NCBI GenBank assembly: GCA_951406725.2
Contig: OX597817.1
Span: forward strand, 83,204,001 to 83,268,000
DNA from: Octopus vulgaris
Lineage: Eukaryota
Direction of reading: 5' to 3'
Length of the DNA: 64,000 nucleotides
Under the pieces are notes generated by a model that saw only the letters and a program-made list of their open reading frames with translations, ran no database searches and was not told the origin of the DNA. The stretch's first letter is position 1, and each line of letters begins with the position of its first letter. Shown piece after piece: positions 1 through 11,105 of the stretch. The translations under genes and the position numbers were made by a program.

Positions 1-739
1 CAACTGACCTGTGTCTTGCTACAAATTTTGAGATTCATACAATTAGAATCAATTGTACAAATTTTGAGATTCATAGAGTTAGGATCAATTGTATAGAAAA
101 TGAGATATTTCACATAAGAGACTGTGTTCTTGTGCATATTGCAGTTTCGTTTTAGTGGTTGATGAAATGAATGATGATGAGAAGGCAATATATTCATGAA
201 ATGTGCTACGAGCAAATATTGCGTGCACACCAAATTCACAATCCAAGTGATGGTAATACACGCACATGTAAACGTGAGGAAGTCGCGTTTATTCTAATTC
301 CTCTATGCAATATTGAGACACCAAGGTGTCGTTAATAAATTTCTGTATTTCCTGTTGATCTATTGACCAACGGACCAGTGTAAATGCAATGCATATTGAT
401 AGGCCCCACTATCCAATGGGACCACCATGTCTAGTGGAAATTATTTCATAAAATACATTATTAGAAGTAAAAACTGAAATGGTGCCAAAATTATTCTTTA
501 ATTGTCCTATAATTATTGGTAGGATCCAATGTGCACTATAGCATTTTCCAACTTATTGATTGTGGGACTACGTGAAACATTTAGACTTACAAAGATTACA
601 ATGTTTCTGGTATCTCTCTAAGTATTTGTTGAGTTTATTGTAAACATGTCTGACGATGTGGTCAGGTATTTATTGTAAACGAGTAGTTTCGCGAAATGTG
701 CTCTGTCTATCAATATATTTTATTGTTATAAATCATGGC

Positions 740-2080
740 AGTATTAAAGAAATGTTAGCGTACAGTATCAAATATTTGTTTCATGACTTTTGATACCTAC
801 AAGCAGTTTATTATCAACGTGCCTGTTTTCCAAAACAAAATCATGACGAGAAAAGCTCTTACAAATAATTTATGTTGACAATCTTCTTCCACCACCCAGT
901 CCGCGCGCACACACTAATAGCTATCGCATTTTAAAGCTGTGGGAGATCAATTTTGCAAACAGCCCACGTTGCCAAGTGTTAAAGTAGGATTATGATGGAT
1001 GAGCTATATGCCACTTACAAAATTTCATCACTGATTGCTAAATTTAGAAAGTCAAATTCAATTAATGAATAATTGATACTAGAATTTGTTAGTGAGGTTA
1101 TTGCACCAAGTGCGAATCACACACGAGGGACTGAAAATAAGCAATAAGCAAATTTCTGTGAATGATCATGAAAATTAATAAAGAATTTACGGAAGAACTG
1201 TACACGTAGAAGACATAGTATGTAATTCTTGTGAAGACAGCCTAATTTTCGTTGCATGCATTTTGGAACAGATATCGATATTGTATTTTTTTTTTCAGAA
1301 AAGAAGATTCGTAAAACAAATTATAATAATTGATGTGACTGATAGAATGCTACTCATAGTGGACTACCCTCGTGAAGAATCTAATAGTTTGTTATTCTAC
1401 ATTGAAGTTCACTAGTTGTCGAAGGCTACCGCTTTTATAGGTTTTCTAAAAAGCAGATTTAGGACTATTTGTACACAAATATGCTTTCATATAAGGCAAT
1501 TTGACGTTTAAAAGTGAATATTTTTAATGCCAGACATATTTCTACTTTAACGAAATTAATTTGTAGATGGAAGCAGATGAATTGAAAACGGTTAAATCGC
1601 AGACTGTTAATGTATATTTCCCAACCTTATTCTGTTCAAGTGCAGCTTGAAGCGTGGGAGAACTTATCTGCCTCCCAGTCTTTTTGCACTGAAATTAAGA
1701 ATTGTACCATGAAGGCGCTTAGGTTTTACATCGATTATTGAGAAACATCACGTAAGCCCCTTCAAAATATTTGAAAATTTTGCTGGGAAATATCCAGATT
1801 TTCTGCAATAGAAACAAAAATGCAATAAGAATTGATTGAATGGAAAGCAAACGAAGATTTAAAGTATCAATTCAGGAACTGGTACCATCGTTTCAGATTT
1901 TAGATCCAAATTTCAAATCTTTATCTTGGCTCCTCCTAATATTTAACTAAATATTATATTTAATGCCTTTATGGAACTTTCGACAAAGAAAAGGAAACCT
2001 AGTGCAGATTATCAAACGAGGATATTTACAGGTGTTTACTAAGCTTAAGCTAGGTGATGAAAGATTAGCCTCGATACCAT
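740..2080 (+). mobile_element. Decayed hAT (Charlie/Buster, ZBED5/SCAND3-like) transposase relic
   Basis: Manual translation near 1000-1100 gives ELYATYKISSLIAKFRKSNSINE*LILEFVSEVI (cf. ASYKISLLIAKSGKPHTIGEELILP). Near 1375-1425 it gives ESNSLLFYIEVH*LSKA (cf. LLLHTEVRWLSKG). Many stops and frameshifts. Confidence 0.6.
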
Positions 2081-3544
2081 TCTTAAATATTCAATTATGA
2101 CAAATACATTTCATAAAATAAATTTAACTACTACAAAAATTTCTAGTTTAATGAATTAATTTCAGAAAATCAGTATTTGCTGATGATATACTTCATCGCG
2201 TTTCACTTCATCACAAATCTTTGCATTCACTGTTTTACATTTTACTTCAGAATTATAATTCCCATTAACCTACAATCTTTTTTAGAAAATGGGTTTGTTA
2301 AAGAAATATAAATCAGAAAAATCAATATCATCTCTTGTCTTTCAAATTCTAATATTAATATCCATAAAGTGCACTGTCAATATATACAGTGTCAAATATT
2401 CCCGATATCGCTTTCTTTAGTGAGAAAAATTGGACAGCAGATAAATATTTCATGAAAATACTACTTGTAAAATTTCACAAAGTAGATGGAGCTACAAAGA
2501 CAATATAAAGCAATGCTATATATTTATTCACAGCTGCATGAGATTCAGCTTTGATTCTTAATTGCACTATCCCGTTTACGGAAATAATACTAACAAGAAA
2601 GAAAGAAGGATTTCTAAATTATTTTATTTCTTGTTCTTGTGAATAATATATTATACCTGTTGTTTGATAGTTTCACATAAGATGCATTGATAATTCAGAC
2701 TACTATTTCTTTTCATTAGAAACTGATGTATACATGATTCTATGAGAACTTCTGAAATTGCCATAGAAAGTAGTAACAAATTTATAGAAAGTAAACTCAT
2801 TCTTGAGATAAACAGAAGCCAGACTTGAGAATGCTTCTTTGTCTTTCTTGGTGTCAGCATCTTCGTTGAAAAAATACGTTTCATTTCAGTTATATTGCAT
2901 TTAAACTTGAAATAGGCTGCTTCTTCATCGGAGGCAATGCTAGTTAAAAATGTCGTATACGGATCTAACTTTCAAAAGTGTTTAATAAATCAACGTTTTT
3001 TTGTGGGGGAGGGTGTCTTTTCACGGATAATTATTTCTATTAACCTTATCCATGTTATTATTACTTTACCTCGACTTACCTACCTTTTTATTATTTCAAA
3101 CAAATTTTGAAACAATTTGAAACATAGCAAACGGCGTCTCTAAGCGCTCAAAGCATGCCCACCATGATGTAAGACAAAATTCTGTTAAAAAAACACAATT
3201 TAAAGGTTATAGTCATTGTAGATTAAATAATCAAATATGGAATACAAATAACAAGAGGAAACAGTGATAGTTTATATCTGTAACAAAAGTCCTACAAATC
3301 CAAATTTTTAAAGATAATAATAGAAGTCTAATAACAGTAAAATAGGCTCGTTCACACGCAGAAGAATAGCTGAACTAAAGAAAACAAAGAATCGTTTATA
3401 TATAGTTGCAGACATTAAAAGAAATAGCTTTTATATATATATATATATTTGTGAAAAATGAATTTTGAAAATGCTGCTATATTAGACAAATTTTAATTTT
3501 AACATGTTTCGGTTCTTGAAATGACGAACCTTATAAAAAAAATT

Positions 3545-3770
3545 ATATATAATAAAGAGAGTCCATGCTATATGATGTAATAGTTCATAATTGTGACATA
3601 TATTCAATAGAGTCAAATATAAAAAATTCATATATAATATTCAATAGAGTCAAATATAAAAAAATTCATATATAATAAAGCGAGTCCATTCTATATGTTT
3701 AAAGAGTATGATGTAGTAGTTCATAATTGTGACATACATTCAATAGAGTCAAATATAAAAAAATTCATGT
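3545..3770. repeat. Local tandem duplication (~90-120 bp)
   Basis: ...atgatgta(a/g)tagttcataattgtgacata(t/c)attcaatagagtcaaatataaaaaattca is repeated. Confidence 0.8.
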
Positions 3771-3979
3771 TCTTGAAAAGGCGAGGAGTTCATTTTAGAT
3801 TTTACCTTGTGTTCCAATGGGAGCAACAGTAATGATTTTTGGTCGGTGTCTGCTCGCGGATTTATATCAGCTCAGCTAAGCTGTGGTCACTTGCACTTTT
3901 CACTGACGTCATATAGTTCCAAACCAATCAAAACCCAGTCTCAACGAATATAGTGAAAAGACTCCTAACTGTATCCTGT

Positions 3980-4300
3980 TAGGAAATCAACCAAGCGGAA
4001 CGACAGTTTGGCCACGGAAGAAATACGTCATCATTTTTTTGACGAATTAGATCTGACCCATGACTGTATACTGTTACGTGGCTAGTCCAGCAGAACGAGA
4101 CGTCATCAATGTTTTGACCAATCAGAATCGGGTCTGAGGTGGCTAGTCCAGCAGAACGAGACGTCATCAATGTTTTGACCAATCAGAATCGGGTTTGACC
4201 CATAGCTATATCGTGTGGGGAAACCGACCAAGCAGGGTGACAATAGCTTGACCACTGAGGTAATACGTCATCAGTTTTTTGACGAATCAGGATTAGATCT
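3980..4300. repeat. ~60-bp subrepeat array in the PLE 3' region with CRE-like and CCAAT motifs
   Basis: gtggctagtccagcagaacgagacgtcatcaatgttttgaccaatcagaatcgggt at ~4078 and ~4138; related units at ~3985 and ~4220. Confidence 0.8.
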
Positions 4301-4519
4301 GCTCGTAGAGAAAGAGATCTTTTTATAAATTTTTCCTTCCCTAAGACATATCACTGTCAGCGTGAGTGACTGTTTAAGGATCTGAGAAATTGTAATTCGC
4401 CCCACCTCCATTATTATAATTCTCTCACTGTGGTCGTAGCAACAGTGACCACGGTGGTTGTAGTCGTAGTGGTTGTGGTAGAATTTCGTTTCTCTTTTTC
4501 GGAGGACCAATGTTTTGTT

Positions 4520-6874
4520 TTAATATTCCTGGCCCAGGGTGTTCAAACTTGGTCTAAATTTTTTGATGAAATAAAGTTCTTTATTTTGGCGTTGCGTGAA
4601 GGTTACGCTGTCACGGAATTTATAAAGTGGGTAAGTTGTAAATTTCGGATTTACATTTGCAGCACATCTATCTATGTGTCCGCTGACCGGTATTTTCCGG
4701 TATTCAGGGTTTCTAATTTGTGATTTATGCACCGCCATCCTGTTACGTAAGCTATTTTTTGGATGGCCTATATATTGCCTATTGCAGCCTGCGCATGTTA
4801 AGACGTAAATCAAGTTTTCTGATGCGCAGGTGAAGTTTGCTCTAATGGTGAACTGATGGCCTTGTTCTAGTATAAATTCTGAACCTTCTACCAAGATAAC
4901 ACATATTCCGCAGTTGGGCCTTCCACATTTTCTAACTGCTGGTTTTGTGGTTGATGTTGAGTGCAGTTTAGCTTGGGTTAAAATCCTTTTCAAGGATTTT
5001 GGTGGCCGTTTACTTTTAATGATGGTGTGTGTTTCGAGGATCCGGTTCATCTTTGGGTCTCCCTTTAGCAGGGCTGTGCTTTGTAGTATGGTGCTGAATG
5101 CTTCATTGTTGAGTGGGTTGTGTGTAGAGATGTAGGGAGGGGTTTTTAATTGTTCTTTCTTTTTTGGTTTTGTTTGTCTCAGGTCTTCTATACTTAATTT
5201 GAGTGCCCTTTGGATTGCACTGTCTATTAGGGGCTGTGGATAGTTTCTATTTGTGAGTGTGGTTCTACGTTCCTGGAGACGTGTGTGTCGGGTATTTGTG
5301 TCTGATATTATGGTGCAAATCCTTCTAGCTAAACAAAAAGGGACATTTATTCTAGTGTGTCGTGGGTGGCATGAATCAAAGGGTAGGTACTGTTTGGAGT
5401 CTGTCGGTTTATAGTAGATATCTGTCTCTATTTTGTTGCCGGTTTTCTTAATGAGGATGTCTAAAAATGGTAATTCTTCTTCGTTATGATCTATCGTGAA
5501 TTGTATATTATCATTTATTCCATTTAATAGTATTTTAAATTCCTCGAGTTTCTCTATACTTTTATCCCAGATGATGAAACAGTCATCGAGGTATCTTTTC
5601 CAGTTGTTCTGGATATAGGTGGAGAAGGTGTTTCCAAATTTCTCGAGTGTTATCTGGTAGAGTATTTTCTCGAGGTATCCCATCACTAGGTTGGCAAAAG
5701 AGGGTGCAGTACGCGTGCCCATCGCTGTTCCCGATCTTTGTCTGTAGAAATCATTGTCAAAAATAAAGTAATTGTTTTCTAAAATAAATCTAAGTCCTTC
5801 TATTATAAGGTCTTTGTTTATGCGAGTTGGGAGTTCAAAGGAGTAGTTATTCAGCCAGAAGGTGATCACTTCTATTCCTATGTTGTGAGGGATGTTAGAA
5901 TAAAGATTAACTACGTCGAATGATACTAGAAGGGTTTTCTCATTGACTGTTTTAGGGAGGTGGTTGAGCATGTCTATATCGTCTCTTACGTAGCTTTTGA
6001 TGTGTTTTAGGAAAGGTTTAAGAAGTGTGTCTAAGAAATTGCTGAGGCGGTGAGTCTCACATGCTGGCCCTGCTATTATCGGTCTAAGTTTACGATCATT
6101 TGGTGAAGGGATTTTGATGAGTATATCTGTAGATGTTTTGCATGTTTCTCTAATTATTTGGCTTTTGTGTACTTTAGGGATACCATAGAACAAACTCGAT
6201 TTGCATTTGAAGTTAGTGATGTATTCATACTCCTTGTCCGTGAGTCCTTCTCGGTATGTGTTGATTAATGTCCTGAGGTTATGCATTATTTTTTGCTGAT
6301 TATACTGTTGGGCCCTTTCATAATACGTTTCATCTCTTAATAGGGATAGTACTAAATTTTTATAATCGTTTGTATTCATTACTACTATCGCGTTGCCCTT
6401 ATCTGCCTCCTTAATTGTTATTGCTTTGTCTTCTCTTAGTTTGAGGAAGTCGTTCCATTCTCTTTTGTTAAAGTTAGGGCTGTGTTTTTGTTTCTTGGTG
6501 AATTGAAACGGGAAATTAGTTATGTAGTCACAATAGCGGTCTAAAGCTTTATTCTTTCCCTTGGTGGGGGTGTAATTGCTCTTGTTTCTAGCTATTGAAT
6601 CCTCATCTATTTGTTTGCCATAAAATTCCTCGGTAAATCTTAGTTTCCTGCAAAATTCCGAAATATCATCTTTCATTTCATAGTAATTAGAACGTTGTGG
6701 GGTTGGTGTAAATTTAAGTCCTTTGGAGAGTATGCTTATTTCGTTAGGTGTAAGTTCTTTGTTTGAGAGATTGATTATCTTAATTACCTGAGGTTTCTTT
6801 TGTTTGTCCTTTGCCATCGTGTGTCCCTGTTCCTGTGTGTAAGGTCTAAAAATGGTTGGTGTAGTTATGTTCAA
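4520..6874 (-). CDS. PLE reverse transcriptase with C-terminal GIY-YIG endonuclease (784 aa, uninterrupted)
   Basis: RT motifs ADKGNAIVVM, FYGIPKVHK, LRPII, SFDVVNLY, GTAMG, RYLDD, FLD, YYKPT. Cys linker KCGRPNCGIC. Endonuclease NLIYVLTCAGCNRQYIG...R...H...H...E...LN. Confidence 0.95.
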   Translation of the reverse strand: MNITTPTIFRPYTQEQGHTMAKDKQKKPQVIKIINLSNKELTPNEISILSKGLKFTPTPQRSNYYEMKDDISEFCRKLRFTEEFYGKQIDEDSIARNKSNYTPTKGKNKALDRYCDYITNFPFQFTKKQKHSPNFNKREWNDFLKLREDKAITIKEADKGNAIVVMNTNDYKNLVLSLLRDETYYERAQQYNQQKIMHNLRTLINTYREGLTDKEYEYITNFKCKSSLFYGIPKVHKSQIIRETCKTSTDILIKIPSPNDRKLRPIIAGPACETHRLSNFLDTLLKPFLKHIKSYVRDDIDMLNHLPKTVNEKTLLVSFDVVNLYSNIPHNIGIEVITFWLNNYSFELPTRINKDLIIEGLRFILENNYFIFDNDFYRQRSGTAMGTRTAPSFANLVMGYLEKILYQITLEKFGNTFSTYIQNNWKRYLDDCFIIWDKSIEKLEEFKILLNGINDNIQFTIDHNEEELPFLDILIKKTGNKIETDIYYKPTDSKQYLPFDSCHPRHTRINVPFCLARRICTIISDTNTRHTRLQERRTTLTNRNYPQPLIDSAIQRALKLSIEDLRQTKPKKKEQLKTPPYISTHNPLNNEAFSTILQSTALLKGDPKMNRILETHTIIKSKRPPKSLKRILTQAKLHSTSTTKPAVRKCGRPNCGICVILVEGSEFILEQGHQFTIRANFTCASENLIYVLTCAGCNRQYIGHPKNSLRNRMAVHKSQIRNPEYRKIPVSGHIDRCAANVNPKFTTYPLYKFRDSVTFTQRQNKELYFIKKFRPSLNTLGQEY

Positions 6875-8129
6875 AACTACTATTTATCTGTCTCATGTTG
6901 TTATAATTGTCAGAGTGAGTTTGTGGTGCTCTGTTCTGGAGTGTGTTGTTGTGCCTAGTGTTCCGTCTTAGTTCATCAGGTATATTGTGTTGGTAGTTGT
7001 TTCCTCCGTAGTGCATTTGTTGTTTGTTAGGTTTGTATGGTTGGTTCCTAGGGTGGATGTTTGGTGGTAGAGTTTTAGTTTGGTTATGTGGATTGTATTT
7101 CATAGAATTGTATGTTGTAGCCCTTTGGTTCGTGAAATGGTGTGGTGGACCCCTGTAAGTGTTTTGGGGTTGGTGTAGGTAGTGTGGGGTGCGTTTTAGA
7201 TGTATTTTTCTGGTGTAGAGTGTGTTTGGATTTCTTGGTGGTTGTTCTGTTCTGTTGGTATATCTATTCTCGAACTGGTGTGGTGGGCCTCTGTAGGTGT
7301 TTTGGGGTTGGTGTAGGTAGTGTGGGGTGTGTTTTAAGTGTATTTTTCTGGTGTAGAGTGTGTTAGGATTTCTTGGTGGTTGTTCCGTTCTGTTGGTATT
7401 TGGTTTTATTTTACTTAATTTTATGAAGGGGTTGTTGGATATGTGTTCATTTTTGAAGTTGGTTTCATAATCCAAGAACCAGATGGCGCTCTTTTCCCAT
7501 CATTGGAGGGACTTAAGTTCCTCTTTTTCACATTCTTCATTCCATAGTGCTGGTAATGTTTCGGTATTGATGTCGTCTATTAGTTTGATGACTTCTTCGT
7601 TGATTTCCTCATCTATGGTTTTTACTTTTTCTTCATTCGTCTTAGTTCTCAGCTTAAGTAGTTCTATTTTCATCTTCATTTTTTCTAATGACATTTTTTC
7701 TCTAAGTCTTCTTTGTTCTTCTGGTTCTTCCGAGATGGGCTTAATTTGTAATTTGCGGGGTATGACTAGGGGTGTTGAGTCAAGCCACTTTTGGTAAATC
7801 TCTGCTTTATTCTGATTTTGTATCATTTTCCAAAAAGCGAATTTTCCGTTTCGCTGTAGTGTTCTCCATTGGGGGAGGACTTGGTTCTTTATTTGTAATG
7901 TTGAAGTTATTCGGTTCTTCTCATGTGGTCCTTCTTTTTGTTGCTCTTGTTTCGTAAAGTTTGTGAAGAATGTCTTCATTGTATCGCATAGATTTTCAAC
8001 TTTCTCGTATATTTCAGAGGGTGTTTTATTCGATTCGGTTTCCTCGTTAGTTTGTGTAGAAGGTCGAGATGTTAAGTTGAGTTTGTTTAACACTGCTGTT
8101 AGGTTTGAATTTATGCTTTTCAATTCTTT

Positions 8130-8132
<3 letters not shown>
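6846..8132 (-). CDS. PLE ORF1-like region (coiled-coil then Pro/Asn/His-rich), split by one in-frame TGA at 7500-7502
   Basis: ORFs 7500..8228 and 6846..7475 are in the same frame, separated only by TGA (LKSLQ*WEKSAIWF). E/K-rich helical segment. The 5' end runs into (TA)n. Confidence 0.65.
7141..7400. repeat. 138-bp (46-codon) tandem duplication inside ORF1
   Basis: TNRTEQPPRNPNTLYTRKIHLK(H/R)TPHYLHQPQNTYRGPPH occurs twice; the nucleotide unit recurs at 7141 and 7279. Confidence 0.9.
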
Positions 8133-8162
<30 letters not shown>

Positions 8163-8166
<4 letters not shown>

Positions 8167-8905
8167 AATAATGAGGGAGATAAATTGAATATTAATTTAA
8201 CTAATATCAATTGTAGCCTAGCATACAAAAATCTAAAAAATCAGAGAAAATTTTAATACATGTGTAAATTAAGAGCTAAAAACCACTATGTGGACAGCCA
8301 TATGCTAGAAATAGATCACCTACGATCAAACTACAAAGAAAGAATGTTCTCTAGAGAAAATTCAGCGGACACCAGAACAATAGGCGGGCAAGACAGATGA
8401 AAATTATATAAAAATCAAGAATTAATCGTATACCGGTTTCGTCTATTAACGAATAAATCACTTACGTAATCCTTCGTCCGTAGGGCTCATCAGTACGATC
8501 GTTCTAAAAGCAATGTAATTTGTAAAACCAACCACCAGTTTTCTGTATAAAGACAGACACGTGCTTAGTTCTACCGATTACATTGGGGTTAATTTCAAAT
8601 GTCTGAGTTCTGGCGTGCTAAATTCCGGAAACAAAATCTGCAGCAAATAATTTACTGCAGTTAATGCTGCCTATTAGAGAACATAATTATTTTAACATTT
8701 AAATAATAGGGAGATAAATTGAATATTAATTTAGTTAATATCAATTTAAAACCAGTAGCCTAGCATACAAAAATCAGAAAAATCAGAGAAAATTCTAATA
8801 CATGTGTATATTAAGAGCTAAAACCACTATGTGGATAGCGATATGCTAGAAATAGATCACCTACAATCAAACTACAAACAAAGAATGTGCTCTAGAGAAA
8901 ATTCA
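8163..8905 (-). repeat. ~200-bp direct repeats (8163-8364, 8698-8905) flanking a hammerhead-containing spacer; pseudo-LTR-like
   Basis: Both units run from tttaaataat..ggagataaattgaatattaattta to tctagagaaaattca with scattered substitutions. Confidence 0.85.
8425..8499 (-). ncRNA. Type I hammerhead ribozyme (PLE-type, palindromic helix III)
   Basis: Minus strand reads ATCGTA-CTGATGA-GCCCTA...TAGAC-GAAA-CCGG-TA-TACGAT. Helix I is ATCGTA/TACGAT, the core is intact and the cleavage triplet is GUA. Confidence 0.8.
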
Positions 8906-8951
8906 TTTTATACAAAATGGATGAATATAGTAAATTTCACATGTTCTTAAA

Positions 8952-9192
8952 TGTTTGTAAGCCATTTAAGAAACACACAAAAGCCGTTCGATTCACTTCA
9001 ACATTTAAGTTTAATTTGTCAAAATATTTTCGTCGCTATAAGACCGCGACCTGTTCACTGACAAAAATTCGTGCTATTTTTGTCAGTGAACAGGTCGCGG
9101 TCTTATAGCGACGAAAATATTTTGACAAATTAAACTTAAATGTTGAAGTGAATCGAACGGCTTTTGTGTGTTTCTTAAATGGCTTACAAACA
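8952..9192. repeat. Perfect 117-bp inverted repeat with 7-nt loop
   Basis: Arms 8952-9068 and 9076-9192, loop tcgtgct. The mirror ORFs 8917+ and 9036- share the same peptide. Confidence 0.95.
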
Positions 9193-9876
9193 CCTTCCAC
9201 GCTGCAATTGTTTTCGTTCCAGCACACGATCTCAGATCAAATCACTTGCTATGCAAATACATCTCCACATGTTCTTAAATGTCAAGAAATTAGTATTTCA
9301 TGTGATTGTTTCACCTGCCACACTCTGTCCCAGATCACGTTACTTACCAAACAAATACAACTTTGGAAGCACTCAGAATTTACCTTTCGTAGCTACTATA
9401 CATTTCTTGTTTTGTTATATAATTTTGAATGTCTTTCTTGTTCCTGTTGATTATAAACATAGAAATTCACTGCATGAACACCTCTTATAATTTGTCTCAA
9501 CAAAAGGAAAAATTAAATTGCCTTTCAACATAGACATTACCTGTTGGATATAAATGGGTAATTTCCCCAAATTCACATTGTTATACAAAACAGACCTGCT
9601 AGCAATATGGTTAAGAAAATAATAAGTGATTAAGTTGCTGCCCGTTAAACAAATATTAATATCTCGACAATATCCTGAGGGCATCGGTGAAAGATTTTAT
9701 TGAGATATAATATAATGTTATTTACCTACCACGAACAATACGTTTACAGTAAAATCTAATGCATCATTAAACATACTACTCTGCGTACCAATAATCATAG
9801 TACAGGTTGTCCTTTTGTAAATCGCATATCCTTATTTATTTCAAGGAATCTGAACAGACAGTTCCGGTAAAAAAAA

Positions 9877-9938
9877 TGTTATTGAATCAAGGGTTTTATT
9901 TAAAGTGCACTTTAAATAAAACCCTTGATTCAATAACA
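9877..9938. repeat. Perfect 62-bp palindrome without spacer
   Basis: tgttattgaatcaagggttttatttaaagtg|cactttaaataaaacccttgattcaataaca. Confidence 0.95.
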
Positions 9939-10146
9939 CTGTGTATAAACTCTATACTTGGAATGACCAATTTTAAATACTATTGGATTTTATTCATAAG
10001 GTATTGGAATCTTATATATTCTGCCTAAATAATGGATCTACATATACCATATCTCTGCATATCTCACATCTATTTTCATTCCTCCACTTCACTCTCTATT
10101 TCGTATCTTATCTAAATTAACTATTGCTTAACCATCTTCTCACACC

Positions 10147-10194
10147 GTCTCCGATGAAGAAATATAATAAATATCCTAGAAACAACGGTAAGAC
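10147..10194 (+). ncRNA. Degenerate hammerhead ribozyme motif
   Basis: GTCT-CCGATGA-AGAAATAT..ATATCCTA-GAAA-CAACGG-TA-AGAC; core substitution CTG->CCG. Confidence 0.55.
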
Positions 10195-10262
10195 CTTCTA
10201 TTTATAAATGTTCTAAAATCTACACACCCTTGGTTTTTTTTATCTTATTACGTGAAAAAAAT

Positions 10263-10311
<49 letters not shown>

Positions 10312-10569
10312 GTGTCTGTATGTATGTCTGTGTGTGTGTGTGTGTCTCTGTGTTGTAGAATAGTAAAAACAAAGTTCTTGGTATAGTGTTATATATCTTT
10401 GAAAAAATTAGTAGAGCTGGTTTATTTGGTGGATGGGATAATGTTAATTTGAATCTTAATAATAATGTTTATTCTGGTGTGAGTTTCGAGCTTCAAGTAG
10501 CCTCCGCCTACGCAAAAACTCATCTCTACTCATTTTTCAATATCTATATATATATATGTATAAAAAATA

Positions 10570-11105
10570 CAAACTGGGACAAGAACGCAAAACATTTTGA
10601 TGATGACACAAAAATCACGGACGGGACATTCGAACCCTTCAATCTTCAGTCAAGAACCGGATCATCCTCGCAATTCGGCTGATTAATCTTGAGATTGCTC
10701 CAATCTGGTCAGCCCCAAGGGAAAACTAAGCTAAGCGCATTGTATTCCTTGGAAGAAAGCTTCGAATATATACAAAGCAAGGACAGAAAAACAGACGATG
10801 TTACACGAATATGAATACAAAAGTAATACGTAAAAACAATAATAATAATACGTAAAAACAATGCTAATAATATTAATAACAATAACAGGACATCACGAAC
10901 AGGCGTCTTTCGACTAGGATGAATTAAGCTTAGCTGGCGTGTTAGGAATGTGCCTTGGGGCAGAGAAAATAAATGTTGGTGTTACCACGACGGCTGCTAG
11001 TCTCAAAAGGACAGAAGTCGGTCAATCAGTCACGTGTGAAGAGAAGAGAGAGTAAAAGAGGGACAGAGGAATCAAGGAGGGGGAGAAGTGAGAGAAAAAA
11101 GGAAC
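10570..11105. repeat. Interspersed repeat family (copy 1), probably a PLE-derived terminal repeat
   Basis: Shares gggacaagaacgcaaaacat, ccaatctgg(t/c)cagccc, ctaagctaag..ggaagaaagc and tctttcgacta with 16355-17275 and 54570-55093. Confidence 0.7.

Larger units (their letters stand above)
3449..8132 (-). mobile_element. Penelope-like retroelement (Neptune-type), probably 5'-truncated, bounded by (TA)n tracts
   Basis: RT+GIY-YIG ORF, upstream ORF1 and ~1 kb 3' region. (TA)n at ~3432-3448 and ~8133-8163 delimit it. Confidence 0.85.

Noticed and set aside
2651-2940. Coding-looking minus-strand stretch ending at a GT donor-like site
   Set aside because: No recognisable motif and plausible peptides switch frame; cannot distinguish an exon from a decayed transposon.
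3980-4300. Repeat-spacer appearance suggestive of CRISPR
   Set aside because: Contiguous tandem units without unique spacers, eukaryotic context, no cas genes.
8917-9227. Mirror-image 63-aa ORFs on both strands
   Set aside because: A trivial consequence of the inverted repeat.
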